DNA of 48,910 nt from Octopus bimaculoides (GCF_001194135.2 NC_068996.1:14450810-14499719), one strand, 5' to 3'. Counted from the stretch's first letter, positions 10,496-24,607 are shown. Program-made: numbers and translations. The notes: generated from the letters alone by a model not told the origin.

Positions 10496-11165
10496 TATAT
10501 TATATATATATATTAATTTTATCAAATTTTAATGGTAGTTTTACAATGAAATGTTGCCACAAATTTCGGAAGGCATTCCAATATTTAAAATCTTAAATAT
10601 AATTGCTTTTCATATGTTATATAATAAGCATGATTTTCCTAAAATGTTTACTGTATTCAATAAATAGATAACTAATTATTGTGACATAAGATCTGTTTCT
10701 AATTGTCGTAACGTAGAATTCGTATGTTAGATTACATTTCTTCTTAGCGTCCTTTTTGCATGCGTTTCTGTATACGAAATATTTCCTTAGTTCACTTTCA
10801 ATTTAACTAATTTTGAATCGCCTTGAAAACGTTGCGTTAACACGTATTTTCGTAAATATTAATTTCAATGATATTTTCTTTATCTAAACATGTTAACAGA
10901 AACAATGGTCGGCTTTGCGAGGTGAATTGTAAAATTAAAGATGTAATTTCCTCTATCTGTATTTTTGTTGTCTAATACTCTGAATTTCTCAAAATTCTTC
11001 TAAATGATATTTGGATCTACTTGTTATATACGAGGAATTACCTTGGATGTGTATTCTACTTAAGTTTGGTGGTGCTGATTGGTCTATATAGTTAACCAAA
11101 TTTTTTTGAAACTGAGTGCTTTATTAATAAATGCTTGAATTTTTTAAATCCCGATTTTTACTGAT

Positions 11166-11425
<260 letters not shown>

Positions 11426-12215
11426 GAATACGCTTGGCGACTGAAAGTGTTGTTTTTGATTCAGCCAAAGCATTGATAAAAAATTTAACAAATAAATTAT
11501 TTATTACGGACTACCGTATGAAATATAAACATTTTAAAATACTTTTGGAAAATATAACAATCACTAATTATTGTGAATTTGAATGAGCAAATAATTGACA
11601 TTCTGTTCATCGTAGCTCTATATTGTGAAAGGTTATAGCAAGATCTCCTTCAAGTCTTTGCACTGCTCTGTGTATAAAACATATATAATGACAAAAAACA
11701 CGGCCTGGAATGTACTTATGTTGACTTGGGGTTAAATGAATAAAAAAAAAACACCGAAAAGCAGTAGAGAGAAGACGTATCACATAATGCAGTTCAATAT
11801 AAACTAGAATTGAACGTGTGGTCATAGCTGGAATACTTTGATCCACGACGTCCAACAACTAAACACGTGGAAGAAATTGCGACAAGTTAAATAATGTGTT
11901 TTATACGATCTATATCACGAGAAAGAAAAGAGAAAAGAAAAGGAAAGAAAGAAAGATAGAAACAGAGAGGGCAGTTCAGAAGGAAGCTCATATGATTGTA
12001 GATCTGTAGGATCAGGACTAATGCAGGAACTAAACACAAAATCTAAAAAAGAACAACATGTAAGATGTTGAGATTGGAGATTAACTATGTCTTAGTAAAA
12101 CATTGACAATGTTACATCATTGTGGAAACAAATGTGAAAGAAATCTCTGTGTAGTTCTTTGTCAGCTTTGCCGATATTCGTGTTTAATAATTGCCGATAT
12201 AATTATGATAATTAA

Positions 12216-12426
12216 GGCAGTAAGCTGTCAGAATGGTTAGCACGCTGGGAAACATTGCTTAGCGGCATTTCGTCAGTCTTTACGTTCTCAGTTCAAATTC
12301 CGCCGAGATCGACTTTAACTTACATCCTTTCGGGGTCCATAAAATAAGTACCAGTTGAGAACTGGGGTCAGTGTAATCGATTTACACCCTCTCGAATTTG
12401 CCGGCCTTGTACTAAAATTTGAAACT
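12216..12426 (+). mobile_element. Full-length tRNA-derived SINE family B with a 16-bp target-site duplication
   Basis: Head agctgtcagaatggttagc (A-box-like) and cagttcaaattcc (B-box-like). TSD atataattatgataat at 12197-12212 and 12428-12443. Confidence 0.85.
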
Positions 12427-12581
12427 AATATAATTATGATAATCGCTATTTACATTATAATTAATTTAGTATTTCTTAGGTATATAAAGATTTGCATTGT
12501 GTAACCTATTATTTAATATACTAAGGTATTTTTTAGGGCAATTTGACAGTTAGTTCCAGGATATAACTTCAAGCGTCTCTT

Positions 12582-12858
12582 GTGTGTTCGTAATCTTTCT
12601 CACGTTATGGTAGAGGTGAATGCCATTAACAACCTGTACATTTGAAACTATGTTTTTTCTCAACATAATTTTTCCCATAGGAACAGACTTTTTGAAACTG
12701 ATTTTTCTGAAGTAATTGATAACACGCTGACTTGCCACAGCAAAGTGTAGGTTATTTGGTGCTTAGATGTATTTTAGTTAAAGTTTACCAATGCTACATG
12801 TCACAACAAATCAATTACTAAATAAAGCACTTCTCCCTGAGAATAAAATATCCCATTT
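12582..12858 (+). repeat. Cassette unit copy 4 (single)
   Basis: gtgtgttcgtaatctttctcacgttatggtagaggtgaatgccatt...gtaatt...gtttaccaatgctacatgtcacaacaaatcaattactaaa. Confidence 0.9.
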
Positions 12859-13448
12859 ATGTCAGTAGTATATTCCTATGTATTTTTCTAAGATAGACTT
12901 TATGGTGTTATGTATTCTTTTTTTTTTACCAGAAAGTGTAAGCTTGTGGTTAGTAACTTAGCCTGAGTTAGTACAATAAAATTCAAGTTATTGGCTTTGA
13001 TCTAACTTAGAAATGTAGCCTGAAGATAACTGAAGAACACACCTTTTGAAAAGTTGTGTCAATACCATATCAACGATGTAAGAATAATATAAATTGACAA
13101 CACAAAGTATAGTCAAATAATTTTGCAATATTAATTCATTGCAGAAGGTAATGTGAAAATAATCTCAGTTACATCATTCATTGTTTTTCGACATTCATAA
13201 TATTAATAATCACCGTCATTCTAATATTCCTCTTCGTTACTGTAATCTTTACTTCATAGTCATTATAGTAAGCACTGCATTACATAATATATTTGCTTGT
13301 GTTATGGTGAGATGTAATATTATAATGATTTTCCTGCTGATTCCAGGAGACCCATGGACGATCTTAAGAGTTCTTCTTTGGTCAGTACTCTTTTTCGTGA
13401 ACGACAGAGGTGAAATTATATGCGCATCTATATATACAAATGTATATA

Positions 13449-13990
13449 TGAATGCCATTCACAACCTGTACAGGTGAAACTATATTTTTATCACCATAAT
13501 TTTTCCCAAAAGAACTGCCTTCAGTAATAAACTGAGATATTTGAAGTAATTCATAACATGACTTGTTATAGAAAGTATAGTTTACTTGGTGCCTAGATGT
13601 TCATTTGTTAAGTTTTACCAAAGCTACATGTCACAGCATATCAATTACTAAAAATGTATCTCTCTGGGAAATAAAATTAACTATTTTACAATCGTGTAAC
13701 CACACCGTGTGTTCATAAACGTTTTCATGCTATGGTTGAGGTGAAAGCCGTTGACAACCTGTACAGGTGAAACTTTACTGTTCTCACCGTAATTTTTCCC
13801 ATGAGAACTGACTTTAGTAACAAACTGAGTTTAAGCTACGGTTTTTCTAAGTAATTCATAATATATTGACCTGTCATAACAAAATGTAGGTTACCTGGTG
13901 CTTGTATGTTCTCTAATTAAAGTTTACAAAAGCTGAATGTCAAAACAAATCAATTACTAAAAAACCTTATCTCTCTGGGAATATAAACAG
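13449..13990 (+). repeat. Cassette unit copies 5 (5'-truncated) and 6, dimer (junction near 13690)
   Basis: Diagnostic motifs occur twice in tandem. Confidence 0.9.
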
Positions 13991-14266
13991 TTTATTTAAG
14001 CAGTTTGTTGATTTTCGTACATTTTTACTCATATTATAACAATATGCATTTTTACTTCAAGATTATAAGATTATCTTTTGGAAACCAGACCAAGTTAGTA
14101 AGGTACAAATTCCAGGTTCAAACATCGACATGAACGTAAAGTTAGACTTGAAAATGTTCTTCTTTTAGGCCTGTCGAAATGTTTGGACAGAAAAACAATC
14201 AGGACTTAATTCAATGAATTGACATTTTTCAACATTTAATTAGACGTTTGACTAAATGGATGAACG

Positions 14267-14322
<56 letters not shown>

Positions 14323-15415
14323 AATGTTTATGTATGTCCAAAGATATTCTTTTTGTCTATTTAATCATGTGCTAAACTGCAACAGCAATAGGAAGGATAC
14401 ATTAGATAATGTAGACCAAGGTACACTATGCCAGATTACTGGTGTGTTAACAACGCTTCGTTTCCTTGCTATACTGTATAATAGAAGATATCTATAAGCT
14501 ATTTTGTGTATTACAATAAATGTAAGCATAAGATACATATTTGTATCCAAAATATGTATGATTGAACCTCCTTCCAGCTACATATGCTTCTCAGCTACCA
14601 ACTGTGGAGTTTCATCAGTAGCTGAGCACCTACCTTAATTATACACAAGCACCCACTGTCTATGAATCAATAAATATTAGAGGTTACAGTAAAATTGATA
14701 GACTAATTTGCATATTTAACATTTCATTAACAGTTGAAATATTTAATTGTAACTGTGTTAACAGTTTTTAGTTTTTTTGATGTAATTCACATTAAAATAT
14801 ATCTGGGGATTTGTAGAGAACATCGTGTGTTTCGCTGGAATACAAATATTAACATCAATATACGAACTTTGTTCGAAGATATAATGTATATACGGATGTA
14901 AAGTTTACATACAGTATGACATGTAGTGTTGGTTAATATGTTCTGAAGTAGAATATAGCAAGATATATTATTTTTTAATAAAATATACGATGCTCAACTC
15001 TGGAACAACTTGATCATAGTTCTGATGGATGAGCACTGATATGCAAGGACAATTTCGATCATTTATTGGTGCATGCACTATATCGGAATAATATTAAGGA
15101 TAGCCTTGGACAGAAAGCATTTAAACATATATCTGTTGGAATTACCTATCTCTAACGCACAAAAAACAAAGATGGAGAAAACAGATAATGAACTATAGAA
15201 AAAAATATGTTTAAATAAATGATACCAAATCAATTCCTATCGAAGTGATATTTATCTAAACACTTATTCTTAAGTCTAAAAGCATCATTATAGTCTGCAT
15301 TTCATAGAAATTTTATATAGGCTTGCATTATTAAATAATCTATTTTAACACAACAAGGTATGATCTGAGAGAGATTTAAGGGCTATTTGCTAGAGTTCAA
15401 GCGGCTGCTCCCTGG

Positions 15416-15992
15416 CCGTAAAGATTCTCATGTTATGGTAGAGGTGAATGGCATTGACAACCTGTAATGGTGGAACATTACATTTTATTCTCATCGTAAT
15501 TATTCCCATACGAACTAACTTGGGTAATAAACTGAGTTTAGACAAAGGTTTTTGAAGTAATTCAGAACTTAACTTGTCATAACAAAGTGTGGGTTTCCTG
15601 GTGCTTATATGTTCTTTTGATAAGGCTACATGTCATAACAAATTAAATGATAATAATGTATCTCTCTGGGGAATAAAATACACCATTTTGCAGGCGAGTA
15701 ACCACAACGTGCGTTCGTAAACATTCTCATAGTAGAGGTGAATGTCATGGATAACCTGCACAGGTGAAACTATATTTCTTGTTTTCACCGGAATTTTTCC
15801 CATGAGAACTAACTTCAGTAATAAACTGAATTTGGTGTAAGGTTTTTTTAAAAGTAATTCATAACATGTTGATATGTCATAACAAAGTATAGGTTACCTA
15901 GTACTTAGGCGTTCTTTTGTTAAAGTTTACCGAAGATACATGTCACAACAAATCAGTTGCTGAAAAACTAAATTCTCTGGGAATAAAATTCC
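15416..15992 (+). repeat. Cassette unit copies 7 and 8, dimer (junction at 15693/15694)
   Basis: Diagnostic motifs occur twice. Junction caccattttgcag|gcgagtaaccacaacgtg. Confidence 0.9.
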
Positions 15993-16221
15993 TCGTTTCT
16001 GTAGCTAATTTGTTGCTGCATAAATATTTTTGAGACACATTTAATAGTAATATGTATTTTCATTGAAATGTACAGCTTTATAGTTAAACGATAGAATACG
16101 TTGGTAAAATCTAGATTAATGATTCTATGTTTGAGCTGAATACGACAGCACATTAGAAACACCTAATTATAGTACCAAATCATTCATTATCAGGAAATAA
16201 TAAGTAAAATTTACAATTTGA

Positions 16222-16630
16222 TATATTTATGTATGTATGTATATATGTATGTATGTATGTATGTATTTATGCATGTATGTATGTATGTATGTATGTATGT
16301 ATGCATGCATGCATGTATGTATGCATGTTTGTATGTTTTTATGTATACATTTACGTAGGTATGAACGTTTGTACGTATACATGTATGCATCTATGAATGT
16401 ATATATGTACCTAAGTTTGTATGCAAGGATATATGAATATATTGTATGGAGATATGTGTGTATCTATATATGTATGCTTTTATACATGCTTGTATATAAT
16501 TATGTTTGTACGTATTGGTGTAGTTATGTTAGTGTGACCAAGTATATTTGTGAATTTATATGTTTGTTTACATATATATCTGCTTGTACGTATCTGAATA
16601 TATAAGTATGTTAATATCTATATACATGCA
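16222..16630. repeat. Degenerate (TATG)n tract
   Basis: Direct read. Confidence 0.9.
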
Positions 16631-16959
16631 CATATGTTGATTTTTGTTTGCGGTTGTTGTGGACTCGAAGCATACAGGAAAGCGGTTCGCTTCTCACAGT
16701 GGAAAGTAGAACCTATTAAGATTGCTTCTCAACACCATAAAACGTCTCTTGTGAAATGAGGAGTGCTAAGTACAAAATCAAAGTAAAGATACCAAGTTAC
16801 AGAAAAGTCATCTGTCGTTTACAACGTGAGCGTCCACCATAAATATATTTGATGGCAGTCTCCTGTAGTCCCTGAAAGATGATTCTGCAAATTCTGTAAA
16901 TTCAAATGCTTTGTTTATAGTGATCGAATAAATATTTGTGCAGTACTTTAGCTCACCTC

Positions 16960-17146
16960 CTCCATCAAATCGACGTTACCTGAACAGGTTCACTGTGTGC
17001 CACACGTCAGATGTCGAAGTGACCACAGAACAACGTGAGATTAAGTGTTTTGCTGTAGAGAACAACATACCATCGGGTCCAGGAACTGAAACCAGGATTT
17101 TGCGATTGTGGGAGTAACACCCTGACTACTAGGCCACACGTCTTCA
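16960..17146 (-). mobile_element. tRNA-derived SINE with a CORE-like central segment (family C)
   Basis: Minus strand gtggcctagtagtcagggtg (A box), ggtttcagttcc (B-box-like), then gttctctacagcaaaacacttaatctcacgttg. Confidence 0.6.
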
Positions 17147-17369
17147 CACACACACACATACACATATGCACACACATTATGTATGTATGTATGTATATAT
17201 GCATGTATGTATGTATGTATGTATGGATGGATGGATGGATGGATGGATGGATGGATATATGTATTTAAAAGCTTTTTATAATGTTTGAAGGAAGATTTTC
17301 TTAATAGTTGTTAACTATTTAAAAAAATCTTCAAAAAACAGAACAACACGAACCTTTTGAAAAGGAGTT

Positions 17370-18400
17370 TTAATATAGTGTGCAAGCGCTTTCGTTGTTC
17401 AACATTTCAAAAACATTTGTAATGGGTTTCTTATAAAGCATTCTTCTTTTGCTTTGCCTTTCACAGTTAATCATTTTCTTCTTTAGTTTTGAATAAAGAA
17501 AATATTCTGAATTTTCCATTTGCACCATATCTAGATGTTCACTAGATTCTTTTATTCTTTTACTTCTTTCAGTCATTTGACTACGGCAATGCTGGAGCAC
17601 TGCCTTTAGTCGAGCAAATAAACCCCAGGACTTATTTTTTTGTAAGCCTACTACTTATTCTATCGGTCTCTTGATGATTTGTGCTTCTGTAATTACATGT
17701 CGGAGAATCAATGACAGATGCAGAACTGAAAGGTATCCTTTGGCTGATTGCAAGATTCTGTGTTTTCTAGCATTATGGGTAAATACAAATGAAATATTTT
17801 TATTTGTGGTTTTGTTTTCACCATTATTGTAAGCAGAGATTGGGATTTTGTTGTTGCTATTGTTATGGCATGATTTACTAGGTTTTGTAGGTATTTTTCT
17901 TTCTGAAGAAATATATTTTCTCTCATCTGTTGATGTCTGTCACTAATGAGAATATACGTCCTACTATATTGAATGGTATGAATGGTAAGATCTAAAATCT
18001 AAATATTGGTATGTATCTGTGTCCTTGAACTAAAGATCGGTTGTAACTGTTTCTTTAATTATCAGAATGTCCAAAAAGGGGGAGAGCTCCCTTTATTTGT
18101 TTATTTCCATAATGAACTGTATCGATCCTTGAATGCTATACATTAATTCAAGAAATCTTGTAAGGTTCTCTTTATCCTCCTTCGCTTTGTTCTAAAATAT
18201 GAAGCAGTCATTCATGGATCTTTTCCAGTTTCCTGTTAAACAAGATTGGCAATGCTCACAAACAAAAGTAATTTCAGACAAGGTATAGATTTTTCTTCCA
18301 AGAATCTCATTACTAGTGTCGCAAACGTTGATGTGACTTTCGGTCTCATTCCCGTGCCTCGTATTTTTTGGTAATATTGGTTATCAAAGTAGTTGTTTTC
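17370..18400 (-). mobile_element. Decayed Penelope-like element (RT motifs to C-terminus), interrupted by a SINE family A tail at about 17560-17680
   Basis: YFDNQYYQKIRGTGMRPKVTSTFATLVMRFLEEK (RT), PFLDILI (about 18061-18080) and ANGKFRIFSLFK (C-terminus). Resembles the element at 39300-40830. Confidence 0.7.
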
Positions 18401-18428
18401 TTTCAAGCATAAATTCTTTTGGGAAGAA

Positions 18429-18432
<4 letters not shown>

Positions 18433-18510
<78 letters not shown>
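18433..18510. repeat. (GA)n microsatellite into gap
   Basis: Direct read. Confidence 0.98.
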
Positions 18511-19377
18511 NNNNNNNNNNNNNNNNNNNNNNNNNNNNNNNNNNNNNNNNNNNNNNNNNNNNNNNNNNNNNNNNNNNNNNNNNNNNNNNNNNNNNNNNNN
18601 NNNNNNNNNNNNNNNNNNNNNNNNNNNNNNNNNNNNNNNNNNNNNNNNNNNNNNNNNNNNNNNNNNNNNNNNNNNNNNNNNNNNNNNNNNNNNNNNNNNN
18701 NNNNNNNNNNNNNNNNNNNNNNNNNNNNNNNNNNNNNNNNNNNNNNNNNNNNNNNNNNNNNNNNNNNNNNNNNNNNNNNNNNNNNNNNNNNNNNNNNNNN
18801 NNNNNNNNNNNNNNNNNNNNNNNNNNNNNNNNNNNNNNNNNNNNNNNNNNNNNNNNNNNNNNNNNNNNNNNNNNNNNNNNNNNNNNNNNNNNNNNNNNNN
18901 NNNNNNNNNNNNNNNNNNNNNNNNNNNNNNNNNNNNNNNNNNNNNNNNNNNNNNNNNNNNNNNNNNNNNNNNNNNNNNNNNNNNNNNNNNNNNNNNNNNN
19001 NNNNNNNNNNNNNNNNNNNNNNNNNNNNNNNNNNNNNNNNNNNNNNNNNNNNNNNNNNNNNNNNNNNNNNNNNNNNNNNNNNNNNNNNNNNNNNNNNNNN
19101 NNNNNNNNNNNNNNNNNNNNNNNNNNNNNNNNNNNNNNNNNNNNNNNNNNNNNNNNNNNNNNNNNNNNNNNNNNNNNNTATATATATATATATATATATG
19201 TATGCATATATATATTTATATATATGTATGTATATACGTATGTATTAATGTGTGCGTGTGGGTGTGTGTATACACGTATGTGTGAGAGTACATGTATGTA
19301 TCGATAGGTTTTTCTTCAGATTTCGGCTCTGCAATTTCATTCGCACACCATGAGCGATCCCATGGTGTGCGAATGAA

Positions 19378-19958
19378 ATGGTCATAAACTTTCTCGTGTT
19401 ATGGTAGCGATGAAAGCTATTGACAACCTGTAAACATGAAACCACATTTTCTTCTCTCCGTAATTTTTCCATGAGAACCCAGCTAACAAAGTGAGTTTAG
19501 AACGTTTTATGAAGTAATTCATAACATGTTGATTTGTCATAACAAAGTATAGGTTACCTAGCATTTAGTTGTTCTTTTGTTAAGTTTTACCAATGTTACA
19601 TGCCAAAACAAATCAATTACTAAAAATGTATCTCCTTGGGAAATAGATTCACCATTTTGCAGTCAAGTAACTAACTACATCGTATGTTCGTAAACTTTCT
19701 CATGTTATGGTAGAAGTGACTGCCATTGACAGCTCAGGCAGGTGAAACCATATTTTTTTCTCTCCTTAATTTTTCTCAAGGAAACTTAATAAACTGAGTT
19801 TAGACTATTTATTTTTAAGTAACTCATAAGATGTTGCCTTCTCATAACACGATATAGGTTACCTGGTGCTAAATATGGCTTTTGTTAAATCTTACCAAAA
19901 CTACATGTCACATGAAATAAATCACTTCAATAATTCGCTCTAGGAATAAATTTCATCA
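19378..19958 (+). repeat. Cassette unit copies 9 and 10, dimer (junction at 19662/19663)
   Basis: Diagnostic motifs occur twice. Junction caccattttgcag|tcaagtaac. Confidence 0.9.
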
Positions 19959-20219
19959 TATTTACATCTTGTTCATTTCTGTAGATTTTGTGTGCATATT
20001 ATTGCATAATGATATGTTGTTTTTTTTTTTTACCTCCAGATATAGGCTTACGGTTAGAGCATAAAGCGAAGTTAGGAAAATAAAGATACTAGTTTAACCC
20101 TTGGTCCTTGGCGAGGATTATTACCTGAAGATGTCGTCTTTTAGGTCCACTGAAACGTGGCAGAATGGTACTATAAATTAACATTTTTGATACTTTAATA
20201 TTACGTTCGAATAAATGCA

Positions 20220-20508
20220 TCAACGTATGTGTATGGTTGCACATTTATGTGTATAGGTATATACGTATGTATGCATATATGTATGTATGAATTTATGTGT
20301 GTGTGCGTGTATGTGTATGTAAGTTTTATGTATCTTTGTGTGTGTATGTATGTTTGTATGTGAGTATGAATGTATGAATGTTTGTATATGTGTGTATGTA
20401 TGTATGTTTGTATGTATGTATGTATGCGTGTGTGTGCGTATGTATGTATATATGTTTGTGTGTGTGTATGCATATATGTTTGTATGTGTGTGTATGCATG
20501 TATATTTG

Positions 20509-20544
<36 letters not shown>

Positions 20545-20690
20545 GATGCATCTATGTATGTTTGTATGTGTGTATGTATGTATATTTGTGTGTGCATGTA
20601 TGTGCGTATGTATTTATGTATGTGTGTGTGTATTCATCTATCAAAGCAAGCATGTATGTATGTATGCGTGTATGTATGTATGTATGTATC
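20220..20690. repeat. Degenerate (TATG/TG)n tract
   Basis: Direct read. Confidence 0.92.
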
Positions 20691-21997
20691 GAAGAGCTTT
20701 CGTAGTTTTCGTCCATCAAATTTCTTTCGCACTGCTAGATTGAAACCATATTTGAGCTAGAACCCCCCCCCAAAAAAAAAACAAACATTAGATTAAACTA
20801 CCATAAATCTTGTAATTTCTAGGTGAATATCATAATTACATGACCTTTATATTGAGGTATATTACTGAATATACCATAAATTAAAGACCATGAAATTAAA
20901 TGCAAATATTTTTGGATAGTTAAGGAAATAAAATATACACAGATTCATTTATGATTGCGATTTGGAGTTATGATCATCTCCTCCTAGTGCTATGAGTGTT
21001 ATAGCGTTGCTTACAAATTCCTCAAATCATATAATAATCAGCACAAAAGACGATTAGCAAGGACTGCAATGAATTACATAATGAAAGACTACAATGAATA
21101 TGTTCACCTGAGAGTAAACAAAGGTTTCTGATTTAGGTATAATTGCAGCAATATTCTAGGGAAGAATCTTAGCTGATTCCTTCGTTACTTGACAGATGCG
21201 TTATTTTATCGACCCCGAAAAGATGGAAAGCAAAGTTATCCTCGGTAAAATTTAAAATCAGAACGTACCGAGCCAGTGGGAATAATGCAAAACACCTTTT
21301 CTTCCGACGCTCGAACGACTCACCCAATTCGATGCTCTGGGAATGAAAAAACATGTTAGCTATTTAAGTTTTAGATAAACTTTATCTGAGTAAAATAGAT
21401 GAATTTTGGTCATGTGTCTGCTTGGATAAAACTGATCTTGGAATAAGAATCAAGAAGACAATATTATATATGTCACTATATTGATTATATTTCAATATGT
21501 AATGTCTCAACGCTGCTGCTATCTAGCACCTTCGGATGATCTCTACTCAACCGCTACACAACTGCTACTCGACTGCTACTCAACACTCCTACCACGGCCA
21601 GACTACCTCTATTTATATGTCTTGAGAGATCCTATATCTTCGCCTGGGGGCGTCGATACATAACAATAAAAGACAGTATTAACACAATTGGTACAGCTTT
21701 GATAAACTTGGCCTCAACAGACTTGCTATATGACATACAACAAAAAATGACACATTGTAAAAATGTAGTTTGTTGTAAAAAGTATTTGAACAAAAAGATT
21801 GGCGGATCACATCTGGATTATTGTGATCATTGTTCCCTTGAAACAAGAATGATGTAATACTAGGCATGAGTGTTCTTTTTTGAGAAACTTGCTTTGCAAT
21901 CAAGTGGGTGAAAATGCACAAACACATACATACATACATACATACATACATACACACATACATACATACACACATACATGCATACTTACATACACGC

Positions 21998-22040
<43 letters not shown>

Positions 22041-22049
22041 TTTTGATTT

Positions 22050-22250
22050 GTACTTGTTCCCAAATACTTCTTCACAATCGGTTTTGGCTGGTTTATGTCC
22101 AGTAACTTAGCGGATCAAAAATAAAGACCGATAGAATAAGTACTTGACTTAAAAATAAGTCCTAGGGTCGATTTGAGTGACTAAACCCTTCAAGGCAGTG
22201 CCCCAGTATGGCCACAGTACTATTTATTGAAATAAGTAAATAAGCTAAGA
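22050..22250 (+). mobile_element. SINE family A 3' part
   Basis: gtaacttagcgg...accgatagaataagtact...gggtcgatttg...caaggcagtgccccagtatggccacag. Confidence 0.7.
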
Positions 22251-22967
22251 TTGAATAACAGATCAAGTTACTTGATCACAGGCTTCAGATTCCTTGATCC
22301 TGTGATTAACTCCACTACCGCTCTGATTAACATGGGACTAAAAACAAGTTCTGGTGTGAGGGATACATACAAAATCATACAAAATAACAGGTTACATAGA
22401 ATATTGCGATTGTAAGAAGACGCTGACTCAGATCAAATATCAAAGCTGAACGAAGTTCTATCAAGGATAGGGAACCAGCATTAATCGTGGTTCAAGAAAA
22501 AAAAAATCCCACTATATAACACGTTTCTTTCACTTCTGTACCCTGTTAAAATAAATAAAATCTGCAGAATCAAGATTGGCCTGGGGTTAAACAACAGTAA
22601 AATGTAAACTTACGATTGCAAACCTTTGCAATAAATATTACCTGGAGATCTACAGGTTGAATAACTTGAATGGTTGTTGTGCTGGTGGTGGTTGAGGACA
22701 CACATTGGGAGAAAAATAACAATAACCTCTTGATCCGTGTACCTATTACAATCTTAATTAGCTATCAATCCCATACTCCCGCAATCTCGTTTGCTTACTA
22801 CACTTCTTTCCTCCAGTTAAATCAAACGAAAGATACCACATCAGTAGATAAGGAGCTGGGGAAATGGTCTCAGTATAATAAAATATATTGAGTTCGCAGG
22901 AAGCGATAAACATAATCTTTATAATTTTTGTTGTCGTTGTTCTCATTACCATAATCTATATTTCATA

Positions 22968-23417
22968 GGTGCAGGAATGGCTGTGTGGTAAGTAGCTTGC
23001 TTACCAACCACATGATTCTGGGTTCAGTCCCACTGCGTGGCACCTTAGGCAACTGTCTTCTACTATAGCCTCNNNNNNNNNNGCGTGGCACCTTAGGCAA
23101 CTGTCTTCTACTATAGCCTCGGGCCGACCAAAGCCTTGTGAGTGGATTTGGTAGACGGAAACTGAAAGAAGCCCATCGCATATATATGTATATATATATA
23201 TGTGTTTGTGTGTCTGTATTTGTCCCCCCAACATTGCTTGACAACGGATGCTGGTGTGTTTACGTCCCCGTAACTTAGCGGTTCGGCAAAAGAGATCAGA
23301 TAGAATAAGTACTAGGCACACAAAGAATAAGTCCTGGGGTCGATTTGCTCGACTAAAGGCGGTGCTCCAGCATGGCCACAGTCAAATGACTGAAACAAGT
23401 AAAAAAGTAAAAGAGTA
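22968..23417 (+). mobile_element. Full-length tRNA-derived octopus-type SINE, family A
   Basis: Head tggctgtgtggtaag (A box) and gggttcagtccc (B box), central cactgcgtggcacctt...agacggaaactgaaagaagccc, tail ggcggtgctccagcatggccacagtcaaatgactgaaac plus (aaaagagt)n. Assignment to the described octopus OK/OR SINE group is from memory. Confidence 0.85.
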
Positions 23418-23724
23418 ATCAATAAACTGTTTTACATTATCTGCTATCTCCTTTAGAAAATAATAAGGTGTGAAGTGAGATCGATCTTCACTTGTAAAGT
23501 GGACCCTTAAGCATTATTCGCAGGTCCATAAACTTTCTCATGGTTATTACCGTTGTGATTATTATTATTATTATCTTCAAAATCATAATTTTTTTTTCAT
23601 AGAGTAATGTATCTAGATATGAATTATCTAATACATTCTTCTTTTATTATGGCAAGATGAATTTGAGGGAGATTTGAATATCATTTCCAGCAGTACTGTT
23701 TCCATATAAATAATTCCTCAAGGA

Positions 23725-24312
23725 TTCGTAAACTTTCTCTTCTTATGATAGAGGTAAATACTATGGACAACCTACATAGGTGAAACTTTATTTTTTCCTA
23801 CCGTAATTTTTCCAATGAGAATTAACTTCACTAATAAACTGAATTTGGTGTAAGTTTTTTTAAAAGTAATTCATAACATGCTGATTTGTCACAACAAAGT
23901 TTAGGTCTCTTAGTGCATATATGTTTTTTTGTTAAGGTTTATCAAAGCTACATGTCACAGCAAATCAATCACTAAAAGTGTATCAATCTGAGAAATAGAA
24001 TTTACCATGTGCAATCGTGTAACCACATCGTGTGTTCCTAAACTTTCTCATGTTATGGCAAAGGTGAATGCTTTTGACAACTTGCACAGGTGAAACTTTC
24101 TCACAGTAATTTTTCCCATGATAACTGTTTTCAGTAATAAACTGAGTTTAGACTAACATTTTTTGAAGCAATTCATAACATGTTAACTTGCCATAACAAA
24201 GTCTAGTTCACCTGGTGCTTAGATATTCTTTGATAAGGTTTACCAAAGCTACCATGTCACAACAAATCAGTTAGTAAAGATGTTACATTTTTGCAATAAA
24301 TTCGCCATTTTT
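23725..24312 (+). repeat. Cassette unit copies 11 and 12, dimer (junction near 24014)
   Basis: Diagnostic motifs occur twice in tandem. Confidence 0.9.
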
Positions 24313-24564
24313 TATAAGTAATTTATTTATATTTTATTTATATTATTTATATTACCCTGAGATTTTTCTGCCTGTTGATTCATTTCATTCACAAACTCAC
24401 ATACACAATATGGACTAAAATTTTCGTAAGAAAATACGAAATTACAATAATTTCAATGTCATTTTTAATGAAAGCGAAACCGGTCGACAAACGTAATGCT
24501 CTTTCACTTATAAAATAAATTTTAAAATATATTAAAACTATGTAAAGTGTGTGCATTTTCCTTC

Positions 24565-24607
<43 letters not shown>

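Noticed and set aside
13748-13775. Functional hammerhead ribozyme inside the cassette unit
   Set aside because: The core resemblance (TTGACAA...GAAAC) lacks an adjacent stem I and III and a proper 10.1-11.1 pair, and the core varies among copies. Kept only as a hint.
22265-22312. ttgatcacagg/cctgtgattaa hairpin as a pre-miRNA
   Set aside because: About 46 nt in total, too short for a canonical precursor, and unsupported without small-RNA data.
22968-23040. tRNA genes at SINE heads
   Set aside because: The A/B boxes continue into SINE bodies and no complete cloverleaf is evident.
23033-23112. Internal direct duplication in the SINE at 22968
   Set aside because: The duplicated 30-40 bp flank a 10-N gap, typical of an unmerged contig overlap.
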